This document shows positions 40,919-52,562 of a stretch of 64,000 nt of DNA, piece after piece. The stretch is from Chrysomallon squamiferum. Taxonomy: Eukaryota > Animalia > Mollusca. The position numbers and the translations under genes are program-made. Where the stretch lies: assembly GCA_012295275.1 (NCBI GenBank), contig CM022671.1, forward strand, positions 14,260,001 through 14,324,000, in the 5' to 3' direction. How positions within the stretch are numbered: position 1 is the first letter of the stretch; the number at the start of each line of letters is the position of its first letter. The notes beneath the pieces were generated by a model. That model made no database searches. It was given only the letters and a program-made list of their open reading frames with translations, and was not told the DNA's origin.

Positions 40919-43900
40919 CAACAGAAATGTGCAATATACCTGCATCTTTTCCAACATCTCCTGTTTTTTTCTGATTTCCTGAAAATAAATACAAAATTGA
41001 AAATAAAAACAGCTTATTAATTTTTCTTTTGAAAGAAAAAGTGAAAAAAACCCAACTATTTTAACATTTTAAAATGTTTGTAATTGGTTTCTGGCAAAAT
41101 ATAAAACTGACGAAACAAAGAAAAAAAAAGGAACATCTGCTTGACAACTAGTTGAGTTAAATATTGATAGTTGGTCAAAGATCATTATTTACACAATCTT
41201 GTTCAGCAATAAAACAAAAACTACTAAAGGGACTGATAAACCTTTAGTGTGCACTGGAAATTTCAAGTATTTTAATAAAATCATTATATCATTTTTAAAA
41301 AGAACAACAACATAAAAATAAGATATAGAGGATTTTAATGTTTTTATACTGTTCAAACAAAGTTTTAGTAAATAACCTCTTCAAGATCTTTTTTCCTCTG
41401 TTCCTGTGATTTTGTTTCTTTCTTTAAAAAACCTTCTGGTATGTTTAATTTCTGTTCCACCGATGAACACCTGTTTGAAAAACATAAACACAGTATTAGA
41501 AACTAGTTTTTGTCTGAACATTCAGATATAATCCATCTGATTTGAAAATAATATTAATTATAACTTATTCATGTGTGTGTGTGTGTGTGCAAACATTTGT
41601 TTTTAATCATTTTTAATAATACTATTCAATATATATAAACTTTCAAACATGACATATATCTCTGATTCTAAAAGAAAATATATTAATTATTATTTCCTTT
41701 GTTATTTAGAATGTAACCAGTGAAAAAAGTTTAAATAATTTTAAAAAAAGAATGCAGATTGACCTAATATATGGTTTATATATGTCACAAAAATTATAAT
41801 TTATTTACTTGTTGTGTTGCTGATCAGGGTTCATAGCACAATACCAGTCATCAGGAAAATCTTTACCAATGTTATTGGATGAGAAAGGAAGTGTTCTCCA
41901 TTTTAAACACATATCTTAAAGTAAAAACAAAAATTGTGAGGTAGAATGTAAGAAACAAAAAAATATATATGTACAAATTTGTTAAAGGGATATGTATGTT
42001 TGTGTGTGTGCACACATGTGAATGTGATCATATGCAGTATTGGTATCTATATGTATAATAAAGCTTGATGTAAAATAAAATGCTTTTTTATTTATGAAAA
42101 TATCCTTATTTTAAAGCTTCAGTTTTATGTTACATCACTGCATACTATTACAAAAATTTATCAATAAAAGTATGAGAATTAAATAATTTACATATCTGAA
42201 ATATTAAAGGAATGGAACAAAATTTCAAAATCTATTTTAATAGAAAGTGTAAGAAGATTTTTTGATTTTTTTACTAACCACACTGCAAGGTAACGTTCAT
42301 CTGCATGGCTCTTTTGCGTAGATATTTCACATCCATTGAAGGTGGATCTTTCCAGTTAGAAGAAATGTAACCAAAATTCTCCCTAAACAACAAAAGAAAT
42401 AACAATACTGCTAAATAAGTCTTAAAAGTTTGTTTGTGGGTTTTTTAAATAGGTAATAAAAACAAACAAATTTTGTTTTATAACGTGGCTGAATAATAGT
42501 TGTATCAATAAAAAAATTAAAATAAAATAAATATAGAAAAACAACAACAATTGAAATATCAATAAATCCTACCATTTGATTCATTTTGTAATAAAACTGA
42601 TTTTTACAATTATTTTTTTTTTACTGAATCCAGAATACAAATAATCTCAGTAATTTGATAAATGAACAAATAGTGGCAGAAACAAAAATACTGCAAAGTA
42701 GCTCACCAAAATTTTGTGACACCTTGCTGAACTGAAAAACGAAATAAACTCCATTTTTTAAACATGTAAGGCATTTTACATATAACTTAATGTTACTTTA
42801 AATGTAACTACTGTTTCAGCCGTTTTAAACTGAAAACCTGTTTTAGAAATGTATTAAAACACAAAATAAGCAATAATTTAAAACTATTCTATCTAGAATA
42901 AACCTGTTTAGCATTCCCCAAGACTGGCGAGGGGCATGTAAAAAAAGAAACCTTTTTTCTTATTATTTATCTTCAAAAGATCAGAATTCAGTAACATTTG
43001 ATGGTGCCAAAAATTGCTGTATATATTTGTTTATTAGCATCACAAAGAGTTGTTTGCTTGAGAAACTGATGCCTGCAGACAACAATGCGGATCTGAGGCA
43101 GTATTGCAATAATTATAATTGTATTGAGAATTTAGGATAAATGAGGGTGGGCATTTTCTGAATTTCAGGCACTAGGGCAAATCCAAAAAGTGGCAGGGTG
43201 AGTCACCCTCCTATCCCTGCATAGGGGGAACACTAAATGAATAATGTCTGAATAATGTGAAATAACAATTCCTTTTAATCAATGATTTAAAAATTATATA
43301 TGTATCAAGACAGTAACCTGTAATTGGAAAAAATTAAATGTATATATATATATATCTCTTGGGTTGGAACAAAAGTTCAAAGCATTTTTCTAAATGAAAT
43401 CAAACAGAAAAGTAAATAATAATAATGAAACATATAATCAGAATATAACAGTTTTGTGTTAAACATTTTAATCACAGATTTGTTTTACAAAACAATAAAT
43501 TATCAAACCTATTCCAACATCCTTCCAATACTGCACCATGTGTTCACCCATTGCTTTCAACAAGTGTCGGTACTCTTTAGCATCAGCAAAATCTTGTTTG
43601 TTGTGAGTTGGTTCTAGCACTAAATATGGAACATCCACTATTCCTAATAAAAGTAAATAAATTTGAAAAAATTATAATCTTAGAAATGAAGTCATTCATA
43701 GTATTTTTAATCAACAGTCAGAAAATAATTGTTATCATTGTTCAAAATGATTTTTTAATAAACTGTAACAAAACTTCTGATAAAAGTCATAAAAAAATAA
43801 TAAGAAAAAACAACAAATGACAAAACTTCACTTACCTACAACTCCACTGCAATTTCTGTGAATGGAAATATAAATTTATTATAAAATTTACCACATTTAT

Positions 43901-46900
43901 TAACAATTAGAAAAAAGAAATGGTATTTATCTATGAACATTGCTGATTCTGCTTAGACTATTTGATAAAACATTTACAATCAAAATAATTAAATATTTTC
44001 AGGATGAGACAATATAATAAAAATAATACTCTGAATTAGTCTCTTTACAAGCTGAAGTAAGTCAAAAGACTCATATTTAGAAGTTTTAAAATATTCATTG
44101 TCTTTCAGTTAATTCTTGAACTAAATGAAATAAGCATAGCTTAAAGAGAATATAAAACAGTGGGTATTTCAGTTACAATACAGGATAAACAATAAGAAAA
44201 TGTACATACACTCCTCCTTCTGTCTGTGGCCCCACTTTTTCATACATTTTTATCAGACGACTGCAGTTGTACACAAAGACACCATCATGACTGCGATCTT
44301 CTAGGTTAATACCAAATATCAAATTTAATGTCTTTGGTTCCTTCAGTGCTCTGAAAGGTAACAAATAAGAAAAACTAATTTCTTAAACTATTTCACCACA
44401 TTTACATTTTTATTTTATTTTCATCTGAGGCATTAAACAAATTTATTACATCTAATAAAACATTTTACTAGAATATTACATTATAAGAACCTTAAATTTT
44501 GTGAAGAAAAAAAGCACATACTGTATTCATGCAACATTAACAAACAGGTTTCACCTCATTATAAAATCTTGTTATTTATAGGAAATAATTTGTGAAATCT
44601 GGGTCAAAATTTCACCTACTTGCTCTTTCTCTCTGCTAGTTGTTTCTTAAGTTCTGCTTCCCTGCGACATTCTGCAGCAAATGTCTGGGCTTTTCTTAGA
44701 TCAGCCTGATAATAGAAAATACATACATTAAAATTTTTACTTTACTTCAAGATTGTAACTGATTGGCACTTTTTAAAAATAATAACACCAAAAGCCAAAA
44801 ATGAAATATTTATGTAGTTGACATAATTCTGTTACTAGTGTTACGTCAAGAAAATTAATTTCACACTTACTCTGTGCTCTTTTGACACAGGAACTCCCTG
44901 TTTGTTTTCTAAATTTCTGAAATAAATTAATTGTCAGTATTAATACATATAATTGGTTTGAAGAGAACATTGGAATTGAACAAAAATAACAAAATAAAGT
45001 TTCAAATTAATGTATATAAGAAAAGGTAAAAATCAAGGATGGCAGATAAAAAAATATAAAAAGTTAAAAAGAGAAAGTTTCAAATCTATTTCATTAAAAG
45101 AACCTAAAAATAATTTAAAAACGCACCAAAAGAATTTTGCTGTAATTCTGAATCAAATGTTTTGTGTATAAATAAAAAAAAAAATAATGAAAATAAATTA
45201 ACTGCAAGGACAAATTACAAAATTAGGATGACTTTACAAAACTAATTTTAAAACTGATTTGCTTACTTTGCCTTGCTCTCTGCTTCTTTTGCCTTGTTTT
45301 CTGCCAGCACTGCTTCTTCCTGAGCGCGCTTTGCTTCATTTTCTGAACGTGTTTTGAAACGATTTGATGAATATTTGTAAAGTTTTGGTTTATATAAACA
45401 ACATGACAGTCTCTTTGTTCGAACCTTTTGTCCTTGAATATATATCCTCATTCTCGGATCAACATATAAAATAGATGCATATGCTCTAAATGACTTTCGT
45501 TCAATGTGTAAACTGAAAATGAAATTTATATTCTTAAAAACAAATGTAATATTTTTTAATGTAATAAATAGGTTCAACTGTTACATAAAATTCGTAAAAT
45601 TTATATTTATATCAAATAAAAAGAATCATCAACACATGAGAAAGTCATGTAGTAACTGAAGGTCTGAGAATCATTTCAACTTTGAAATGAAGAGAAAAAA
45701 TATCAGTACTCATTAAAATCCCTACTGGTTAGTGGTAACAAATAAGCAGATACTAGGTATTAAAATATGTAATATTTATCACATATAACTGTTCTGAAAT
45801 GTTAGTCAGGCAAAATTAATGAAATGCAAAAACTCTGCCACTGATAAGCTACATTCAAATACACAAAACAAATCAGAATGAAATACACACTCTTCATCAG
45901 AATCAAAGTCTGATTCAGGGTTTGCTAGTAAAATGTCCTTTGGGTCTGTCTTTACATCCAATTCTGGTTCTCCTGAATCTAACAGTTTCAAATTAAACAC
46001 TATAACCAGGGTTCCAGAGTTACCCTCAATTTTTTCAAACTGTTCAAAGAATTCTTCTTCTGTTCTGAATGGGGAATATTTATAGATGAGCCCCATTTCC
46101 ACTTCATGCTGAAAATAAAATGTTTAATGACAATATCAACATAATTAAAAATAATATTAAATAACAATAATATATAAATTAATTTATCTGTTAATACCTT
46201 TAAATAAGCATTATAAATTAATTTTGGAAGAGCAGAATGAAATCATTTAGAAGTTTATAAAAATAAATAAAATGCAGTGATGGAATAGAAACTGTATTTA
46301 CTTTTTCTTCTGCTCGCACACCTTTTGCAAGTGACCTTCGGGTAGAAGCCTCAAAAGAAGGCAATGGAACAATGACCTATAAAAAAAATATACACATTTC
46401 TGACTCAGTATAAAAAAAAAAAAAAATTAGTAATATTACATTTAATGTTGCCATAACAGTAGTAATTTTTAACCTTTACTTTTCATGTGCAAGTACTTTT
46501 TGATAGAATGCAAGTTATTTGGTTGTCTGAGGAAAAGGATGTTAAGGAATGTATAACCTGTGACCTAATTTGTAATTTGATAAAGGGTTTTTTCACCCCA
46601 TTGTTATGTCCAAATTCTTTTTGAGAAATATATATCAGGATTTGGATAATTTGTCATCTCAATATAATCTGAAAAAATATTGGAATTAATACAGATTCTT
46701 TTTATTGCTATGTGTAAATACTTTTTGTGAAACTTGCGTTTGGAAATCTTAAGAGAATGCTAAACAAAGTATAATACATGACCTAATTCAAAATGTAAAA
46801 AAAAAATTACTTTAGAATCTTATTTTGACAAGATTACCTCATCTAGGCCTTCTTCTTCGTGAAATGTCCGTGACAGGAATAAGCATGACATAGTCATTCC

Positions 46901-49664
46901 TTTCTTGGTGAACAGTATAAGATCATTGCCAATCCTCATTGAACCACTGGAAAAAAAAAAAGTAATTATATGAGCAGTACGCCAACTACTTTATTTCGAA
47001 TAACAAAAAAAAGAAGAAAATACATTAAACAATAGTTTCTATATAGTTCTTCTGATTAAATAAAATGCTAGATACTAATATGTGTAACTATTCTACTTTT
47101 GTTTTTCTAATGGTGCTATTAATGAACAAATAACTTACGATTTTAGTCCATTGCCATACATTCCAATTTGATGTAAATCATTATTTCGTTTCACAGATTT
47201 TCCAAATGTCACAATATCTGCTGTTTCATCTGAAGAAGAAAAAAATATCTTTTATCTTCATCATAACACACTGTGACAAATTAATTAATTTTGTTGTTGT
47301 TTTAAATGCTAATATTAATATAGAATAATGTATTATATATATATATATATATTTTTTTAAATATTTAAATATTTAACTTACTTGGATCCATTCCTTCACC
47401 ATCATCATGAAAAGCTATGAGAAAACCTCCTCGCAGAGACTCGTCAGGTTCTGGGTAAGAATTAAATTTTTATATAAATAAATAAAAGTTAATAATGACT
47501 TAATTTATTAAATTTAATACCACACATAAAATACTGGAAATATAATTTTATTAATTTATATTTTAAGAAACTATTTCAATTTCTAACACTAACACTGACC
47601 AAATTCAAAATAACTGACAAACTGTGTGATATCAGCAATATTAAACATTCAGTCTTTTAATATTATGAAAGAATAACATGTCAAATATGTTACCACTGTT
47701 ATAACTAACCTGTGTAAATGTTGATTTTTGTAGCCGCTGCATCCCTAAAAGTACATAATAAACCCATCAGTATACTATCAAAACAACACACATTCAATAA
47801 AATAATAAAAAGGAAACAACAATTTAGTAGTATAGGGAGCTTAAATAAATGTTCGTGAATCTTATATTTCAAACACATCTAACTACTTTTTTGTAATTAT
47901 TTCTCAATATATTTCAATAAGAAAAAAAGAAAAAAAGAAAAAGGCAGAATTTTAACTTTATAATTTTATAAAAAAGAAATTTAACCTTGCATTGTCCAAC
48001 AGTTCAGCCAGTGCACCAAAGAGAAATTCGTGAGTTGTCCTAAAAAGAAAGAGAAATACCTACAGAAGTTATGTGTCACTTGTAAAATAAGGTAAATAAT
48101 AACAAAAAAATAGTTCTAAAACATAATCCATACTTTTCTTTAATGGAATATCTTCATATTAATGGTAAATATTACACATAAGAATATTTAAAAAAACATT
48201 TGTGAACATATGTATCTCTGCCTGTCTATCTATCTATTTATGTGTATGTATATATGCATAAAACCATTATCAAAACATCTGCTAAACAGGCATTATTTAG
48301 GTGGGTTTTAATTTTGTTTAATCTAAATTAAAATTATCAGATGACAAATATATGACAAAAATTTAGTTGAAATTCCTGATTTAATAATAATGATGTCAAT
48401 GGTAATAAATAATGGCATCTATCCATTATATGCAATATGTATAAAAATAACTGTTGGACTAATCATTTAAAAAACTTCATTATTATATGATTATTCAAAT
48501 AACAAATTTATCTCATATCTCATTGGAATAACAAAAATAACATAGTAACAATTATCAGAATGCCACCCTTCATGTATGATAGTAGTAACAAGACAAAAAG
48601 TTTTGCAGGAACCTTAAAATAAAGCTGCTTTTTTTCTCTTTTTTTTTACCACATACTGTTCTATGTTGTACACAAAAGCACATTTTTTTTTTTTTTTTTT
48701 TTTAAATGAGGGAAGTACTGATGATTATAATTAAGCATTTATTTATATTAATATGAATGTAACTTTATATATATAATCATAATGCTGGCAATAAAGCAAA
48801 AGCTGTTTTAAAAACAATTATTAAATTGAAAATATTAATAATAATAATATTTCCCTAATTATTACTACGAATAATCAATATCAATATGCATACGTTTTCA
48901 CACATAAATTAAACTAGAAAAAAAATGGATTAAAAAAATAATAAGAAGAATAATTTGAATGAATTTTTTAATTTGTTGTTCTACAGAATAGAAATATGTA
49001 TTTATTTACAATATTTATCTATTCCATAAGGTTGATTTACTAAAAAGCAACAGTATGAACTTTCTATCTCTGACAAATTGCTTTTAAAATTTTTGCTGTC
49101 ACCACTTAATAATAGTAGTTCATGGAATGGTGTCAGTTGTTATTATAAACATTTCATCATTTGTTACACTTTTTGAGTTAAAGCTTTAAAGTTTAATGAC
49201 ATCTAGTTTCAGCAACTTGCTCTTCTATGTTTTTGGATTTTGTATAATGCAACATATATATGTCTCATGCTTACTTTAAAACTTGAAGAATAAAAATAAT
49301 GAAAACAAATAGTGGCAGGCTACATCCGTACTGAGTATTGTTATCAAATGTGCTTAAAATTAGATCCACATGTAAAAGAAAGAAAAAGTCCATTTTAATG
49401 ATGTTATGCAAACTGTAAACATACAAATAATTCTGTAAGTATTCTACAGCTGGTAGCTAAATTTCTTATATCTCAGTAAATTCAATACCATAATCATGAT
49501 AATGATAATAATTAGTCACTTGACTTGTGATTGGAACATTTTTCAACAAAATCAATATTTCAAAATGTCATAACATCAACATTATACATTCTGCAATATA
49601 CGTACGAATTGGTGTGAAGATATTCAAAGCTCAGTTGGGCCCGACTCAGTGTATTATATGCCAT
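28980..49664 (-). CDS. MORC2: MORC family CW-type zinc finger ATPase MORC2 (GHKL ATPase-S5, CC1, CW finger, chromo-like domain, C-terminal coiled coil), about 1068 aa, 30 coding exons
   Basis: Exons in transcription order: 49606-49664, 47986-48039, 47710-47744, 47382-47450, 47139-47229, 46838-46946, 46302-46376, 45891-46108, 45267-45512, 44871-44916, 44620-44705, 44210-44350, 43836-43855, 43509-43643, 42707-42731, 42279-42382, 41809-41914, 41377-41470, 40940-40978, 40482-40772, 39832-39972, 39268-39513, 38138-38252, 37834-37876, 37478-37564, 32164-32200, 31724-31878, 31305-31437, 30910-31026, 28980-29069 (3207 nt, in frame). Protein: [40 protein letters not shown]...DDGEGM...YGNGLKSGSMRIG...[17 protein letters not shown]...[16 protein letters not shown]...[10 protein letters not shown]...[12 protein letters not shown]...WYCAMNPD...TCLRYFLPP, colinear with vertebrate MORC2. 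Confidence 0.96.
39193..39250. repeat. 22-bp tandem repeat, about 2.5 copies (AGTGAAAGTGAnTGTATCATAT)
   Basis: GTGAAAGTG recurs with period 22 in a MORC2 intron. Confidence 0.85.
40873..40913. repeat. (TA)n microsatellite
   Basis: Perfect TA run. Confidence 0.95.
42909..43235. mobile_element. Possible decayed hAT-like MITE
   Basis: Imperfect terminal inverted repeats TAGCATTCCCCA ... GGGGGAACACTA. The two ends differ as CA versus TG at one dinucleotide, as expected from decay of an ancestral CG. No target-site duplication is recognisable. Confidence 0.3.
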
Positions 49665-51094
49665 TTTAATGATGATATGCTTCCCTTTTTTTAGACAGTC
49701 AAGACGAATATTCCGTAGACATGGTAAACAGGTAAAACAGTCAGTGTCTTCTCTACTTCATTGAACTGTATTTCGTATTGAAAAATAAAGCGACTCGATG
49801 CTCATAGTTCAATGACATCTGTATATTTTGTTATAACACTAACACAATAGATTAACCATAAATATGCTTTATATTCGGCATGTTGACAGCAATATATAGG
49901 AGATTTCCCTCGCTTTCAATGTTCTTCGCTATGACTTCCTGTCTGTCAAACGCGATTACATTTTTGTGATGTTCTGCGCAGATTATTTTCTTTGTATGGT
50001 CTGTCAAGAGAAAATGATCCTAGGTGGTTAGCAAAATTAGTTACGTTTAACTAGTAATTAGTAATAAATAGTATTATTTACTAGTAATAATTATAAATAA
50101 AAAATAGAGAATTTTCTAAATAAATATTTTTTTTATAATAAAGAAACAAAAAGATTTAATAATTTTGAATAAACATGTAAATTAAATGTTATAATTAAAT
50201 TATAAACTTAAAATTGATATTTGCAAAATTATGCTATACTTCTGATGGCATAATTTTTATTATTTTTATTTATTTATTATTTATTATATTCGCCTTTTGA
50301 TACAGAATTAGAATACTTTAAATGGTATGTTTTATTAGATTTTAAAGGAACGATCCGAATTCGTTTCAAATTAGAAACGTATAATTCGCAATTTAAAATA
50401 ACCGACAGCAAGGCAAAGGTAATGGCAACTGCAAGGGATACAGACGACTTTATTTATTTGTCTTCAGATATACTTTCAAGGTTATCATTTACTCTAAGGC
50501 TTAATTTGTTATTTAAATTATATATTTACGTTTTGAATTTTGGGGTTATTCATTTAGTACGTGTGTTGGTGATGTATAACTACTAAGTAAATACTAAATA
50601 GTAAATGTTTGTTAATAATAAATTATTAATATTACCAATTCAGAATTTAAATATTTTTAAATTGGTCGAGACAATCAAAATGTACACTGATTGACTGAAA
50701 GTATCAGGCGTTACATTCAAGTTTGTGATATTGGTTGAAGACGTCTAACAGTTACATCAGATAATAAAAACAGCATTTTTGTCCAGCTAAATAGCTTCAA
50801 AGTTCATGAATACAATCATGGGCGAAGAAGGCCAGTTCTGCAGTTCACCAACTAATAACTTAAGTTACTCAGTGACTGAGTGAGAGACTCAGTATCAAAA
50901 GTCTGAAAATGAACATCGTTTATGTTTTAACTATAATTTATTCATAACTCTGACTTTTTTTTAGTGTTTCAACAGTTAACGAGTGTCTACTGACTCAGTG
51001 ACTGCACATCATACATTTAATATTTATTTACGTTTTTCATTAATTTAATTTATTTATTATTTTATTTATTTTTTTTTGTGGGTTTTTTTAACAG
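49665..51094. promoter_or_regulatory. Head-to-head (bidirectional) promoter/5' region of MORC2 and the CUSTOS-like gene
   Basis: Divergent start codons about 1.4 kb apart, a local return of CpGs, and an ETS-like ACTTCCTG at about 49934. Transcription starts not determined. Confidence 0.6.
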
Positions 51095-51099
51095 GCAAC

Positions 51100-52562
51100 A
51101 TGTCAGGCAACATGTCAGGCATTTCTTCAAAAAGAAAAAATGGTACTGTAGATGGAAAATCTACAAAATCAGCTAAAAGGTTTGTTTTGTAATTTATAGT
51201 TGAAGCTATCACATTTCTTCTTTTGAATGGCACTACATTTTAATAATTATTTAACTTTTTTTTAGTTATTTAATTTAATGAATTACATGTAAACATTTAT
51301 ATATCAATGATTTCTTTTTACTGTACTTCAATCAATAACCATCTGGATCGCTACATTTTACAGATTCTGTCTTGCAAAATTTTTAATGTTTGTTCATGTT
51401 TTGACAGACATCAGATGCACAACACCGATGATGATGAGACTCAATTTGAAACCAATAACATTCAGTCTGTTGTTGCTGAAAAACTTACAGAAATTTTAGA
51501 TCAGTGAGTTTACTTCAGGCTATAATTTTTTACATTATCAAACTTGAGTAAAAATATTTTTGCTAAGAATGTTTTTAAAAAAAATTAAGTGGTTCTTGTA
51601 AATACTTTAGGAAATAAATATTGTAATTATTAATTACCCACAAGTATTTCTTTTCTTTTCTTGAAATATAAATTTGTTTAAACATGTAAATTGTTAAATT
51701 TAAAGATACTAAAAGATTTGTTTGGAATTTTACAGACATATGGAACTGGTCAGTAGAAGACGTTCACATGACCCTGTGAAAAAGGACAACAGTGATGAAG
51801 GTAAATTTGTATAGTGCTCATAATAAATAATTTAAAAATATAAATATATTTTGAAACAGAATGAATTATTGTGGCTAATAAAAAAAAAATTGTTTTATTT
51901 TTGTTTCAGGTGTGAAATTATTTTCATCTTCATCTGGTTCTTTAACAACTGAGCCACAACTTCCTACTTACGTGCAGAAGAAAAGAACCTGCAGCACTTC
52001 CTCAAACAGGTAACTATTCTAGAGAATATTGAATAAATATGTAAAAGTGATTTTCCAATACATGAAAAATACAATTCATCACAAAAATAAATAACAGTAT
52101 TAATATGTAAAACTGTACACACCAGATGAGCAAAAAGTTTATAAAAATATCAAGTATTGGATTATAAACAATACTACATGTTATTCAGATAAATACTTCC
52201 AGAATTAACTTCAGCTGAGACTTAAATGAGGCTAGAAGTTTCTTATCATTTGATCCTTAACATAGCTGCAGTTGGATGGACAAGTTTGTAATTCATATTT
52301 TTAGAGCCCTCCTGTTATACATAATAATGCAGAACAGTTAATGTGACTTGAAAATGTATTTATTCTTTGCAGCTCTGAAGAGGAAAGACTAGCAGAATCA
52401 GCTGTGACTCAGGATTTTATTTTCAATAAAAGAACATTTTCATCAGATACTTCAACTGTCTCAAAACCTGAGCAACAGAATAATCAGGAAATTGCAATAA
52501 ATAACGTTAAGAAGAAATCAAAAAAAAAAAAGAAAACGATTACAACTGATTTGACTTCATGA
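51100..52562 (+). CDS. CUSTOS: Protein CUSTOS-like (C12orf43 homolog), about 176 aa; exons 51100-51179, 51408-51503, 51736-51800, 51910-52009, 52373-52562
   Basis: The spliced ORF contains VAEKLTEILDQ, EGVKLFSSS, RTCSTSSNSSEEERLAESAV and a C-terminal poly-Lys tract. These match the recalled CUSTOS motifs VAKKLGALLD, DGFRLFFTS, SSSEDSDEE..EAAV and KKK in order. GT-AG introns are in frame; the start codon is uncertain. Confidence 0.8.

Noticed and set aside
38428-50350. Scattered TTAAGGGGAC / TAAAGGGAC / TTAAAGGAAC motifs as transposon ends (38428, 41225, 50342)
   Set aside because: No paired inverted terminus or target-site duplication could be identified.
50422-50480. Upstream coding exon for CUSTOS (MATARDTDDFIYLSSDILS)
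   Set aside because: Its phase-2 donor splices out of frame to all three acceptors at 51094-51118; at most a 5' UTR exon or uORF.
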